Source: the human T2T-CHM13v2.0 reference genome, Homo sapiens. From it: a DNA stretch of 64,000 bases. Shown piece by piece: positions 14,200-28,404 of the stretch. Numbering within the stretch: position 1 is the first letter of the stretch; every line of letters begins with the position of its first letter. The notes under the pieces were generated by a model. That model was not told where the DNA came from. It made no database searches and was given only the letters and a program-made list of their open reading frames with translations. The position numbers were made by a program, and so were the translations under genes. The DNA is taken from NCBI RefSeq assembly GCF_009914755.1, contig NC_060928.1. One strand, written 5' to 3'.

Positions 14200-17100
14200 T
14201 ATAGACCAATGAGAAGAGTCACTTACATCGGTATCACCACTGACCTGGACCAGATGTGATCCAGTAACCCAGAGGAGAAACACTTCTGACCTATTCTAAT
14301 CCTCTAAGCCAAACAGGCTCTTAATCAAAGAGCTAGTGTTTTTACAATATCAAATGGAAAATAAATATAATAACCTCAATAGTACACTTGAAAAAATGAA
14401 GGATTAATTTTAGAAAGACAGGAACTGGCATTATTCAGATTGAAGGAAAAAACAACAAGGCAAAATTTAATAAATATCTCCTGGGGACATATGAGACAGG
14501 TTAAGATTGCAGCATGAAGGCTGGAGGTTAACTTAAATGATTTCTTAAGAGTCAGGGTTGTTTAACACTTGATACAGGTTGTGACTCTTCTTTTCCTGGA
14601 GGGCAATGATAATAAGGCAAGGCCTCCTCTGAAGTCCTAGATAAGCATAAGATTGGAGAAGCCAATTTAAGATAGCTATGCCATATCAGCACTTATTCAG
14701 ATACTTTGAGTGCCTCTGAAAGTTGGTGATGAGACGGGACTAGATTACCAGCCCTTTCAAACACACTGAGCCTCAGTCAGAGCCATCTTTAATTTCTCTC
14801 CTTAGGTGTTAATAAAATTCATCTTAAAATTTATTACTTTATGATATCTCAACATTCTCTTACAAAATTTGCACTTAAAAGCTTATCAAAATCTTATACC
14901 TGGAAATTGAATGGAAGCACCTTACAAGCTGAAACAGTGTCTTTATTTATAACAGTAAAAATTACCTTTTTATTATAACACACCCTTGTACGCATGTAAC
15001 TATATCATACATGTTATATAACTAAATGTGTATGTGCACTATAGGATATAGTAGCCATTCAAAAACATTTGATGAGTGAATATATGTTCACTCACAATTG
15101 AAAAAAAAACCAAATGTCCGCATTTCCACAGCTGAGGTAGAGAAGGCAGCTGAAGTGTGGCAGAAAGCCCAGCCTCTCCAGTTCTGGTCCAGTGCATTTA
15201 TATTGCAAAACGTTGATAAGCAAATGCTGCACATGGGTATAATAAAGTTTGGAAATTTTACCAATGAGATGTAGTGTTAGAACAATTTTATGCCTTGGTA
15301 AATTATCAATAACTTCTCTAAAAATATCGATGTTTTAAAATCTCTTGCAAGGTAACTTCCTCAGAGAGCATGGCTTTATATTAGTAAGTAAAGGAATAGT
15401 CACTACATAGGTCAATATGAGAAAACCAAATGGAACCACAAATCTCTTTCTAAAAATTCTACCTAAATAAAAGTTCCTGATCAAGTTAAAAGCCTAGTTT
15501 ATAGCACATGATGCTTTGTCTGATCTACATCCAAGGTAACTTCTTGAGTGGAAGACTTTGGGCTTTTTTAGACAAAGGTTTCTGGCCTCCATTTTTATAA
15601 AGCCTAGTTAATTTATATGCTGAGGTCTTCGGTGGATCACAGGTGTATTTTCTCTATATTTATAACCACACATCAATTTTTAAATGGAAACATCTGAGCT
15701 TTCAGTGGCTATGAGCCAGTCTTGAGTGAGGAAGCCATACTCACACAAAACTTGGTATAATAACCAGGTGTAGCCAAAATAAGGCACATCCATATGCATG
15801 TTGAGTTTCTGCCACATAAGGAATTTATAATAGAGTTTATCACTTATCAGAATGTATTTGGGCTTACACTGACTCCATTACCAAGGAAAAGCAATTTTAA
15901 CGAGGCTTTCCTGTAAGGAATCTATTGTTTCTTCTTCCTAAACTATCAACTTCACCTGAAAATACTTCTAAAAATGAGAAAAATAGTTAATTTTCAGCCA
16001 TTGAGTCTACCTTTGGCTGGATGTATTCCTTTAATTTCAGTGCCAACGCATAACTATTTGGCCTTTTATAAAGGTTGCATATTTTTCTTCTGAGTAGAGT
16101 TGCCCTCACTATGTCAGAAAACATGCATATGTACTCTTCCAAATGAGGGGAGGGCCTTATAGCCTCACTGATGATGAGCCCAGAGTGAGTCACTCAGGAT
16201 CTTGATATTGTTTTTTGAAAACAACAACAACAAAAATACTGGTGTCTGTATAGAAAATGCCTAATTCTTTCCAGGTATCAATAAATTACTTTGCTAGTCA
16301 GAGTATCAATGTTGGATGGTGTTGTGAGGTTTACATCCATGTCTAGAAAACCACATTTATGCTGCAAGCAAGCTATTATAAAAAGACGAAAAATAATATA
16401 TTTTTAAAGGACTTTCCAACAAGTTATTGGAACTGTTCCTTTAAATATTAGGAAAGCACTCCAACTAGTATACCTAGTATACTACCTGGTAAAAATTAAA
16501 ATAACTACTACACGCTTTTTTTGGAAGATCCGAGTGATATTTCCAAGTGTCCTAAAAAACAATTCTTCTTCCCCATCTCAATCCCTAACCTCTTTTGAAG
16601 GAACAGCCATTGTTTGAGCCAGGCAATTTAATTCTTAGGACTTTTATCAACATGACAGGTCTCAGCCTAAACCAGGGAACTTTTTTTTTTCCTTTTATTT
16701 GTTTTCTTTTCAAGATATAGATGATATGCCCCTATCCAATGTACAGTTTAGTGAGATGGATGACACTTCACTCACTGGCAGTTCAAGGAAGTCTTAGCCT
16801 AGCTTGTTTACATGAACACGTTTTAGAACAGCCATATAGCTTCCAGCCAGCTCTACCCTGCTGCCCAGCACTAAGGGGGAAAGCAGGCAGTGAGCCCATA
16901 GGTCGCTGATAAACTAACTCCCCATTTGGCAAGCAGGGAAGGGAATGATAAGGGCTCTGATTTATGTTTTATCTGTCGCTAAGTTTTCAGCCAGCCTGAA
17001 ATGACTTGGTTCTGTTATCACCTCAGATGCCACAGGTTTCTTAAGTGAGGCAGATTCTTTGGCGACTTTTAAAAAGAACTTTATTTCACCTCTTGCAGAA

Positions 17101-18039
17101 GGTTAGCTTAGCGATGGATGCTGCTTTAAAACACTCCCATCTGGCTTCATAAACTGTGAGGCTATAAACCAGCTTGTGGGCTCTATTCCATGGTTAGTTC
17201 TTGACATCACCTGCATGTAACTATGCTACCCTTTTGGAAACACAAAGCTGGGTGTGATGCATATAATGACAGGGATGCTTGAATCTTTTAAAAAAATTAC
17301 ATACCTAAAAATGTGTTAATATGAAAATTGCATACATCATCCTACCCAAACTTATCTAAAAAGAAAACTTTCTACAAATTAATTTTCTGTCAACATACGT
17401 TGACTTCAGATAGTAAAAAGAAATGAAGAAGAAAAATCTGTCTTGAGGGAGAAAAAGAGTGTCAGTGGATACAATTAGAAAGCAAAAAAAAAAAAAAAGC
17501 CCCTGTTTTCTGTGATGGATGCTGCAGGGCAGCTCTGGGGGTCAGTGGGAGATTAGCTGACATAAAAGCAAGGGAGTGTATCCTTATCTAGTAAACTAAC
17601 ACAAGTCAGTAAATGAAAGCCCTCGGTCCCCAACCTATTTCAAGTTGTTTCCCCCTAAGTTTAAATTGGCTTGTCGTTTTACAAGGATGGATGGGTATTA
17701 TTTTTAAGCCTTTATTTTACAATGGAAGAATGTGAGTGTTTCACAAGTGAAATGTTCCCATGGAGAAGGGAATAGCAATGAATCATAAACAGTGTAAACA
17801 CTCCCAAGCTTCTTATGTATGTAAGGTTATGTGCTAATATCTTCTCTCCCAGTAGTGTTTTCTTTCCAAACACCGTAAGAAGAGAAGTAGGGGCCAGGGA
17901 GAGGCCTTTGGAGCTATCTTTTGAAAACAATGGGAGTCTATCTCCTCTATTCTCAACTGTGTAATCTTTTTGTTATCTGACGTGAACTCATAGAAACTGA
18001 CTATGTATTTCCCCTCAGTAATATCCTTCTGTGACCTCC

Positions 18040-19150
18040 TCTCCACCCACCTTCCTTCAGGATAAAATCTAAACTTCCTAGCAAGCTGGGACCTTCCTAA
18101 ACTAGACCTTTAGGATTGGCCACTGTTTACCCATCTGGCCTCCTCCATTGTCACTTTCCCACAGGCACTTTTTACAGAAGGCACACTAAAGCACCTGAAA
18201 TTCTTTGATTATTTGGTGCCTTTATACTTTATTGATTTTACCCTTGTCCAGAAAAGCAACGAGATTTAAAATATCAGTTTTGATCACTACTATATTTCCA
18301 AAGCCTAAAACTGTTCCTAGAACTTGCTAAGCATCAAATAATGTTTGTTAACCAAATAATGTACACATGCTCCTTCCTGGATTTGTAAAACCCTTCTCCT
18401 TTCTTCCCCTGCCCGAATTTTTACTTCGATTTCAAAATTGTGTCACTTTGTGGAAATCTTCTACCTCCCATATGCAGAACTGGAAAAAACATCATCCTCA
18501 CAGGGTCTTATAGCACCCACTGCACTCCTTCAACATTTTCTACATTGCATTTTAGTTGTTTGTATCCACTAGCAGAGAACTTCTTACAGGTGGGTATTAT
18601 TTTCCAGTTCTGTGTGCCCTGTGTCTAGGTGAGCATATAATGAATTCAACTAATGCCCAAGTTCCCTCTAGGCCCAAAGGCCCAGACAATCTGTTCCCTA
18701 ATTAACCTTTCAGATCACTTCTCCTACTTCTCCCCACTCTCCCTCCCCCTAATCTAGTCACACAGATTTCCTTGCCTTTCCTCCACATGCAATGCAAATC
18801 TTCATCCCCTCCCACTGTGGTCCTTCTGTCTGCATCACTCCTCCTCCTGAAAGCATTCTGCCCATAACTCTTTCATCATTTTTGTGCAAATTGTCACCTG
18901 CTTAATGAGGTCTGCCTTGCACACCCTCCCTGAACTGCAATCGTATCCACCCTCATTCCTACCCCTTTTTCCCTTCTTACCTCCTGACACACAATATGGT
19001 GATTTGTAGGTGCGTTGTTTTTGTGTGTCCTCCATTTGATCTCAAGTTTCAGGAAAGCAAAGGTCTTTGTTTTATTCATTGAAGTATGTTGTATCTTAAA
19101 GCCTGGAATACAGTCAGCAATCAATAAATATTTGCTGAATAAAATACTGA
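18040..19150 (+). mobile_element. L2 fragments (two or three 3' portions)
   Basis: caggataaaatctaaacttcctagc...; ...cttaatgaggtctgcctt...; terminal caatcaataaatatttgctgaat. Confidence 0.65.
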
Positions 19151-19170
19151 ATACATATTTACTGTTTTTT

Positions 19171-19202
19171 AAAAAAAAAAAATATATATATATATATATA
19201 TA
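19171..19202. repeat. A11(TA)~10 simple repeat
   Basis: aaaaaaaaaaaatatatatatatatatatata. Confidence 0.9.
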
Positions 19203-22200
19203 ATCAATTACATAGTTGAATAAGGTCATTATCTACCTTAACACATGTCCTTTCTTTGCCTCAATAAAAGCTATAGAGTTTTTCACTGCTTCTTTTGAAA
19301 GTCCAATATACAGCCTAATTGAATTCACAGTTCAGTTCCTAATGCCTCATTTAAATTTTCCTTTTAAATCGAATTACTTGTCTTCATAAAGAATACTTTC
19401 TTTGGCTCAAACTTTTCACAAACTTGCAATCTTGCCTCGTAAGCCACAGTTTTCAGCCCCTGTTTAAAATCATGGTTGATTTTTAAATCAGCCTTCTCCA
19501 CTCTTGATGACTTCCATAAAAATCAGTTTGTAAGCTCTTAAATTCCTTAGTGTATTCACTCTACACATTGGGCAGCTGAGAAAAATAGGTCAGGAGCTGG
19601 ACTGGGGCTCCTGGAACCTCAGCTTCTGAAGCTTCCTGTTGCTGTACAATTGACTATAAAAGAGTTCATTTTCCCTATAAAAATATTTTCACTTTATTTA
19701 TGTTCCCACTTTTTTTTACCACAATTTAAAAAAACCACTAAAAGCACAACATAAAAATATTTATACTTGTTTTCTCATCACCACACTGGCATGCGATCCC
19801 TGGCACTAAGCATGGAAAAGAGACATCACTGGAAGTCCTGTGTACAAAATATTATTCTCTGCATAGTGCTATCATTAGAGGATAGGGACATCCAACCTTT
19901 ACTGAAATGTAGCAATCAGATATGTTTCTTGAGCTTATATATGGGTGGTTGAACAATGGTTTTAAGAAATAAGATCATCATTTTGTTTTTGTTGTTGTTT
20001 TTTGATTTCCCTTTTCTTTAAATCTTGCTGTGCCTTTTCTAATGTATTTCTTCCTTTTTACTTTTTTGTGTTTTTTCGCAGTTATGTAAGTAGGTTATCT
20101 CAGATTAGCATCCTCATTTTAAATTTATTTTATATCTACTTACATTTGTATTAGTATAATTAGATAATCGTGTTACACAGTTCCTTTTTCCTCATTCAAG
20201 GATATGTCTTACCCATGGCATTATCTTAGGTATAAATGTTGTCTTCTGGATTCACGTCTACTTAATAACACATAAGTAATTTGGCATGGACTAACTTTAT
20301 GTTAGTTATAACATGAATAACAATACAAACAGTACATATAATGAATCAATATCTTAAATCACTGTATGATTTATAATTTTTGCATGTACTCTGTTAAGAG
20401 GCTTTATCAGAAAGGGCCTTAATTATTTTGAAATTGTTTTCCATGTCTTAAAAATATTGTGCTGAGAAACAAGATATATGGGCCTTATGTACAATAAGAC
20501 AATAGTTCATTTGTGTGGAACATGGCCAAACACAGGCTCAACCAAATGGTATCATTTTTTTTTAAACATTTACTGAGTATCTTCTGCCCATACTAGGCAA
20601 AGACTTGGTGCTGACTTTATATTTGAGCAACACTTATGATGTTCCATGCATTAAATTTAACCTCCATAGCCCTCTGAGGTTAGTTGTCTTAAAAAAAAAA
20701 AACAACCTGTAAAAGTAACTTTATTCAAAGTCACTGATTTTGTTTAGTGGCTCTACATTACTACATTCACATTCATGAAATTAATAATGTACTGCATTTC
20801 ACCAGCTGTTCATAAGACTTTCCTGGAGGCAAGATTGGTACATTCTTAGAGAACTGGGGGAAAGGTTATTGAAAACCTCATGGGTTAGGATATATCCAGG
20901 ATGGCCAAGCCCAATAGATTGCCAAGATTGAAGACAGGGGTTGAGTTGGGATGGCTGGAGGACCTGAGGACCAGATATTTACTTCACAAGGTGCAGTTAT
21001 GACAACAAAAACTTTAGAGTGGGAAGTATTCTATTTTTATAAAATGTATGGTAGGATAAAATGTTAAGGTAATAATTACAACAATTGTTTCACTGTCCCC
21101 CAAGCTTTGCCTTCAATGTACATAGATAGTGAGGTTCTCATCTCCACTTGGCTTGGCTTGACTGTCACTCAGTACTTCAATATAGAATACCAGGAGACTG
21201 AGCCTCGGTCCGCATGAAAGAGAACAAGGGTTTGAGGGTTAGGGTTTTTCATACTATCAGACTCCTGGGCTTGGGAAGGGAGTCGGGGGAGTGTCAGGTA
21301 AATGGGAGCTGGATTGAACCTCAGAGATCAGCCTGAGCAGGAAATCAGGAACTGTTTGTCACCAGCAGCCAAAAGCCCCATGGGAGTCCAGAGATTATCC
21401 AAGCTCTGTTCTTGTACCCAGTGGACATCCCCTGACTCTCTTGGGGTTCATAGGGGTGATAGCTGTCCTTCCCTCTATTTGTTACCCCTCTTTGAACTTT
21501 GAACAGGTGGTTCAGCTCATACATTACAAAGAAAAAGTGACCCATCACAGACACAGAGACTTTCTCTACTCTTAAAAAACGCACACTGTCTGACAGTGTA
21601 TGCCCAAATTAAAGGCTATCAAAGGCACAGGGTGAACTGGAGGTTAAAAATTACCCTATATATTTTTAAGAGAGTTAGCTAGCCCAGCATAAAGTGAAAG
21701 ATGCATTTGTTTCCACTTATTCTTGAATAGCTTTGGTGCTTCACAACAAAGCAGGATTTGTGTTTTAGCTGTTTGGATAAACTAAAGCTGGATAATGATA
21801 GTATAATTCCTGAATTCAAATAATCAAGATTCTAAATGGAGTCTATGACTTTATAGAAAATAATGTTAAATGGACTATATGATATTACCTCTCTCTTTGT
21901 GTTTGTGTGAGATAGAGATATATTTAGTTTGTCTCAGGTGTATACTACTAAGCTCCAGGAAATTGCAGTGAAACATTTGTTCACTTTTAGGATTTGAGTT
22001 ATAAATCAGCCAAGTAAAGATATATCCTAATACAAGTGTCAAAATGATGAATGATATCAGTATTGTACCACGTGCCGACACCAGACGTCACTGCTGTTGA
22101 CAAGCTTGTGACTGTTTCACTAACAGACTGTGTCTTTCCGAGAATGGGTTTAGTACTTGGAGATAGCCCTTCCTTGGATAAAAGCTTGTGCAGCTGTCAT

Positions 22201-22769
22201 CCAGGAGAACCTCAGTGCTTCTAGAAGCTGCCGTTTTAGTAGAAAATGTAACAAACAATTCTTCCTCCCATAGCTGTGAATCTGAAGTGAGAGGTTGTGT
22301 TCTTACTGCCTCACTCCTGAGTTTTGTCTAAGGATGTCACTGCTTCTGACCCCAAAGTTTGGAGAGAGATTTTGAAATTTGTTATTATGGATTTATATGC
22401 TGCTCCAGAATGCCTCACCAAGAGCTTAATGCTCTTTCCATCAACTTTATTTTTAAAGGAAACTGTTCAGAATATGTGTTCATTTGTTGCCAAAGATATT
22501 AGTGATAAAATACCTAAAATATGTATAGCTTAAGTCATACAATTGCCTAATAAATTAGTACCAAAAAAGCATAAAACCTCAAGAATAGTTAATAATGACC
22601 CAATATTGTGTTACACTGTGGCTGTAAAAAAATAACCTGAAAATCTTTCTAGAAAACTCATGGGTCCATTTTGTATGCTTTTTAATATTATGGGTATCCA
22701 GATGTGTGAAATGTATTCTGAGACGCAGAATGAAGACATTCGAGGTCATCACTGTGACCCTGTCTACCA

Positions 22770-23970
22770 ATTTTTTAAAAATTCAAGTGTAAACAATGAT
22801 ACAGACAATCCTACAATGTACTTCTCTACCCCTTACTGAGTTTCAGTGGTGATCCCATTTTATCCTTAGACACCTCCCAACAACATTTTTTCAGGAATAT
22901 TAAAAAAATTCCAGACGTGTCATTTCACCTGTAAATATTTTCAGCATACACTCTAAATGCTGCGAACTTTTTTCTATTAACCACCATGCTCCCATGCCAA
23001 CAAAACCAACAGTTGCTAAGTATAATCTATATTCATATTTCCAATCTATATTCAAACTACCCTGATTGTCTTAAAAGTGTCTTTCTACAGCTAGTTTGTT
23101 CCAATAAGGACTCATATAAGATCAATACACTTTGTTGTTAGTCAATTAAGTTTATTTTATTTTGTAATAGTCCTTTTTCACCCTACTGGCTTTGCATCAT
23201 TGTTTTGATAAAGAGATTAGAATTCCCTGTGTTCTGGGTATGGCCAGTTGCTTCCTATTGGTTTTGGTTTTGGGGTTTTTCTTATAAACTGGTACTTAGA
23301 TCAAGAAGCTTGATTACATTCAGCTTCACTTATTCAAACATGGTGTTGAGTACTTGGTGTTCTTAGTATTGCTAAGATTGATCAGTGGGGTCAGATGAGG
23401 TCAGCCCAATTCTCTATTATAATGATCCCCATCACACTTTCACTTAATTATTTTTTTAGCATATATTGACTATGGCTACACATAGCCATTATTTTACTGG
23501 AGTTCACAAAATAATGATTCCCTAATTCTGTCATTTCCGAAATTTTCTATAATAAGAATTGTACCTTATGAATTATTTAGTTACTCTGAAATACAGATCA
23601 TCTGAGACAGTCACAACTGTTTTTCTTTATTTATTGATGCTCAAGATAATGTGTTATGGTACTAGTAACCCCAATCCCAAAGATGCTGAAAGTGTCTTTT
23701 GTTTTGAGTTTTAAAATTATCCTAATGAATGCATAGAGTTTTATATATGTGAGGTGTTTTAATCGATTGCAGTTTTGTTTTTATACTAAAACTCTCCCAT
23801 CTTAGGCTGGTGGAATCCTCTTCAAGTTGTCTCCCATGTCCCTTTGACATGATTGAATTTCTTTTTAATACATTTCTAGTTTCTTCCAGCCTCATCTTAT
23901 ATATTTCCTTGACCTACTATCAGCCATTTCTCTAAGAAACCCCGGTTCTTATTAGTGGGAAATCTGACCA
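22770..23970 (-). mobile_element. Ancient L1 3' region (L1MC4/5-like)
   Basis: catttcacctgtaaatattttcagcata...ctattcaaactaccctgattgtc...ctcccatgtccctttgacatg...atcagccatttctctaagaaacccc. Confidence 0.7.
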
Positions 23971-25349
23971 CCAAAATTTGATTTTTCTAAGAAATATTGC
24001 CCTTGAGTCATGGGCATAAACATGGCACGTAGTATCATTCTCTCTTTTTTTTTTTTTTTCAAATTTCCCAAAGTGTTTGAAAATGCTGGACATTGTAGAA
24101 CCTTCAAATAGAACTTTCAAAGTTTAGCAAGCCAATCTGTTACCTCTGTAATAACTTGAAATTTTTACATAATGTGTGGATAGCATGCACAAGTGTTTTC
24201 ATCTTATGTTTTTACAAATTTTATTTAAAAAATAATACTTCAGTTTTCTGAAACAGGAACCATGTACACCAGTGTTCATCCATCAATCTCAAAATGTAAG
24301 TGCAATATAGCTTAAGGAATGATGTTTTTAATTATATAATTATTTTTTCTCACTTTTAATTATAAAAATCATTTGTGAATATGCTCTTCTTACACTAGTG
24401 TTTCTATAATGGCATATTCAGTGCTCAGCTCCCAGGTGTAAGTTTGAAGTATCTTTTTAGCTAAAATTTGGATAAATCAAATCCATTTGTATAAAAACAA
24501 TTTGAAATCCAGATTTATTGCCTACAATCTGAAATGCAACATATGGGGCACAGCTCCCATTCCTTTGTTGCTACGTGTGTGTTCTTCATTCTCTTGGAAA
24601 AGGCCCCAAGGGTGCAGAAAGCAGAGGGACACAGAGGAAAGACTCCATTTCACCTACTGCCTGAACTTCTTTGTGGTTCTATGCTATGGTTAGGATCAGA
24701 GAGATGAGGCTTTTGTACCAAAGAAGGAATTTCTCAGCTCAGTTGTCTTCAGAAAATCCCTGGGCCTAGCAGGCAAAGATTTCTGTTCTTTCTAGATGTC
24801 TTTCAAAACAGTGCAATCCCCTAATCAAAAGCTCTGGAAACTTCTCTACAATTAGAATCTTCTGAAATTCCTAAGTTCTATTCACTGTCCAAGGTGCATA
24901 CATCTCCACATAACTGTCTTTTTGTTGTTGTTGTTGCTGCCTTACTTATTTTGATGAATTGAGCCTCAATAGGTACATTTCTAGAATTTGTGCTATTTGA
25001 GCCCTTGGGAATTTGTGAACTATTATTTTAGAATAAAAATGAGCACACTCAGCATTAGAAGATATCAAAGGGTGAGACCTCATTTAGAAAGGAGAAGAGG
25101 CAGTGGTCTATTGTCTTCTCTACATTTAATTTTGGCTTTAGGGTACTGTCAGGTCCATGAAAGCCAGTAGTCCTGAAATTGGCCTAACTGTGCATGCTCC
25201 CACCTCATTGTCCTTTGAAAAAGATTCATATAAGTCTTTCCTTTTTACATTTTATGTGCTGAACTTTTCATTATCAAATAGAGTGTCTTGTGGCCTTCTG
25301 AAAATACTTTTCAAATTAGAGGAAGTTTGTTGTTACTTTTCTCTTATGA

Positions 25350-25573
25350 AATAGTAACAAACCCTTATCACACACAACACTTATTCTGTGTGACAGACAC
25401 AGTCCTAAGCACTTTGCATAGATTGCGCCACAATAGCCCTGTGACAAGGATACTGTTATCAGTCTCATTTTATAGATAAGAAAATTGCGATGCCTAGAGG
25501 TGAAGTAACAGGCTTGGCATCACACAAACAATTAGGGGCAGGGATGTGATTTCAACCCAAGCAATGTGGCTCC
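25350..25573 (-). mobile_element. MIR, near full length
   Basis: gacacagtcctaagcactttgcata...ctcattttatagataagaaaattg...atttcaacccaagcaatgtggctcc. Confidence 0.85.
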
Positions 25574-25962
25574 CACTAGTCTCAGAGCCACTCAAAGTGA
25601 GTTAGACATATAATTAGCTTCTGTGATCTGGTACCCTGAGGGGTCAGAAAGACCTGGGGCTTTGTATTCCAATTGTCTGGAGTTTAATTTTGGAACTGTG
25701 GTAATACTATAAAGCCATTCTCAGTTACTATAATGGAAAGAACTCCTTTCTAAAGTAAACCAAGCAACATATATCTAGGTCTGTGATAAATAAAATTGAT
25801 ATTGTATGTTTCCTTGAAGGTAAATAGAGTGGAAAAATATATATCGTAGTATCACTATAGCAACTGTATTTTGTATCAGTTCAAGTTTCTGAGCTTTAAT
25901 TTGAAAGAATGACAAAATAAGGATTTGGAAGCCTGAATCAAAGGAATGACATTCGTATTAGA

Positions 25963-26016
25963 AAGTATGAATTAGAATCTGGACTAATTGCAATGAAGTA
26001 TGAATTAGAATCTGGA
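25963..26016. repeat. 21-bp perfect direct repeat with a 12-bp spacer
   Basis: aagtatgaattagaatctgga at 25963-25983 and 25996-26016. Confidence 0.9.
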
Positions 26017-28002
26017 TGAATTAATTTTAATATATAAAAATATTCTAAATGAAAACCATGCATCCAAGAGTACCATGGCCCATACAGAAAAGTTGATCTG
26101 CTATCCCCACCAGCACCTGGTCCTCTACAAATTATTATCTACAAAAGTGGATGTCACTGAAGTCAAAATAGAAAGTCAACAGATCTGAAACCATGGTGAT
26201 GCAGGAAAATGATGAGTCGTTCCCCATAATCCTGTGCCTTCTTGAGGTCAAGGTAATATTGCTCCCAAATGTCATTCAGTTCTGTGGCATCAAAAGGTAC
26301 CTGCTATGCACTAGGCAGAGACCACCAACCTCTGGATGGGCTTGGAACCCAAGTCTCTAAAGGTGAAAGGTCACAGCCTCACCTCACAACACTGCCTTGG
26401 GCCTGTTTCTTATTACCAAATAATTTCCAGAAGGAGATCAGGCTTGAGCCTGATTTTCCAGTAGCTGTGCAGGGGAGAAAAAGAGTTTGGAAAGGAGGAC
26501 TGCTGTTCTCAGTGACTGATTGTGAGAACAAGAGTAGTGTCAGGAAAAAAGGCCACTCTCCCCCGGCCCTAGTCACAGGATAAATTGCAGTGCTCCTGGC
26601 TGCTCCTCAGAGGAAAGAGGCTTATTGGCAGGAGATAGGAGGCAATGAGGATCCACCAACTGACGGACCAGCAAATTCCCAGGACCCCGTTCAATAAAGC
26701 CACTGACAGGCACAGTCCCCAAAGAAGAGAGGTGAAAACCACATTCGTGTACCTGAGGTGAAAGACCACCATTAAAAATAAGTAAGAAACTCCAAATGTG
26801 TAAATCCTATATAAGCCAAACCATATGGTATAAAATGAATACATTTTCTCCCTCTACCTTTGGCAAAATGGTTTCTTACTGGATTTTATATACAGGAAAG
26901 TATTAACCCACCTTTTGCCATGTAGTTTCTCCCTGATATATGGCATTGATAATATAAGTAGTTCAATGATACTTCCACTGTTTGTGTAGCTCTGCGTATA
27001 AAAAGAATGCTGTGCACATAGTAGAAGTGCTAAAATCCTGGGGTAACACCTCATACATTAGTGGCCTTCCATGGTGAACAAAGTCATTTTTCAAGCAAGT
27101 CATAAAGTAGCCTAAAACACAAGTGTTTCAGTGTTTGCTCCAAATGAGGCAGTGGTCCGGGGACTGCCGTTCATCTGACATCATTTCTGACACAGCCAGC
27201 GCTGGTTTGGTATCTGATTAGGACTCCCCGCCACAGTGGTGCCAGACTTACTACTTTAAGTGAGGTGGCTGAGGGAAATTAATGTGTCAGAGTTACCAGG
27301 AGGCGAGAGTGTTTGCTTCAAGTTTCCTTTGGAAAGCTTCAGCTGGAATTGCCTTTGATTCTTTCCAAGAGAATCTTTTGAAGCTATTTATGGAGCTTGG
27401 TAATAGGTGAAGATGAGCTACCAACAGGAAACTCAGCTAGCATCAAAAGTCAAGCGTGCAGATGTGCAACGATATTTCTAGACAAAAGTGGTCAAATTAC
27501 TGACTTGTTTAGAGGATGCCTTGGGGTCTCCTGGCAAGTGAAGTAGCCATTTTCCTCAAGGCTGAATTTTCATGATGCACCCTGCACCCGCTGCTTTGTT
27601 CTGGAGAATCGTATATGCCCTCTTGATGTCAATGTATTTCCCTTAAAATATAAGTGAAATGCTGCGTACTTCACTGATGCATGAGAATATTGGATAGAAA
27701 TACCCATAATGTGCTTTGAAACTTTTTGATGAAAAGATGAGGTATACTTAAAAGTATTAACTCTGTAATGTGTTCCTTTCCATCCCTTCTCACCCTCTTG
27801 GCCTAGGTATACACATAAAACTTATCCCAATTCCCAGCCCTCTTCACTTCCACTTTCTGGGAAAACTATGGGAACTGTGGATGGAAGATTCTGTGGTGCA
27901 TATTTTCTTTCTTCAACTGAAGCAATGTACACAAAAGAAATCTATAAATCTTAAAGTCAGCCAGAAATATCAGTTGCTATTATCTTTTTTTGTTTTAGAA
28001 AA

Positions 28003-28070
28003 TATAGCATAAGAATACATGCTTTGGATCAGACAGATCTGGTCTCAAATCCTGGCTCTGCCATTTACTC
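28003..28070 (+). mobile_element. MIR 5' fragment
   Basis: aagaatacatgctttggatcagacagatctggtctcaaatcctggctctgccatttact. Confidence 0.75.
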
Positions 28071-28250
28071 ACACATATGTACAGCTCAAGCATGCATGTA
28101 TGCATTCACATACACAGACATTGACACATGCATGCATGAGTACAGTCACACACTCCTCATGCATATGTTCAAATAGATGCTCACTCATACATGCTCACAC
28201 ACATGTATATTCATGGACACTCATTATATACCTGAAGCTTAAACACACAA
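28068..28250. repeat. Degenerate (CA/CATG)-rich low-complexity tract
   Basis: cacacatatgtacag...catgcatgtatgcattcacatacacagac...catgcatgcatg. Confidence 0.75.
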
Positions 28251-28404
28251 TTCACTTATTCTTTGCAGTTACGTATGACCAGCAGTTCTGCAGCTATACT
28301 TGAGCATGATTCTGTGCTCTCCAGAAGGACACTTTATTTTAAATCTTTTATATAGCACAGGAAGCTTTTTCTCTTAGTTTAAAGGCCAACAACATCAATT
28401 TGCA

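Noticed and set aside
25963-26016. CRISPR-like repeat-spacer
   Set aside because: Only two copies with a 12-bp spacer, in eukaryotic DNA with no cas genes.
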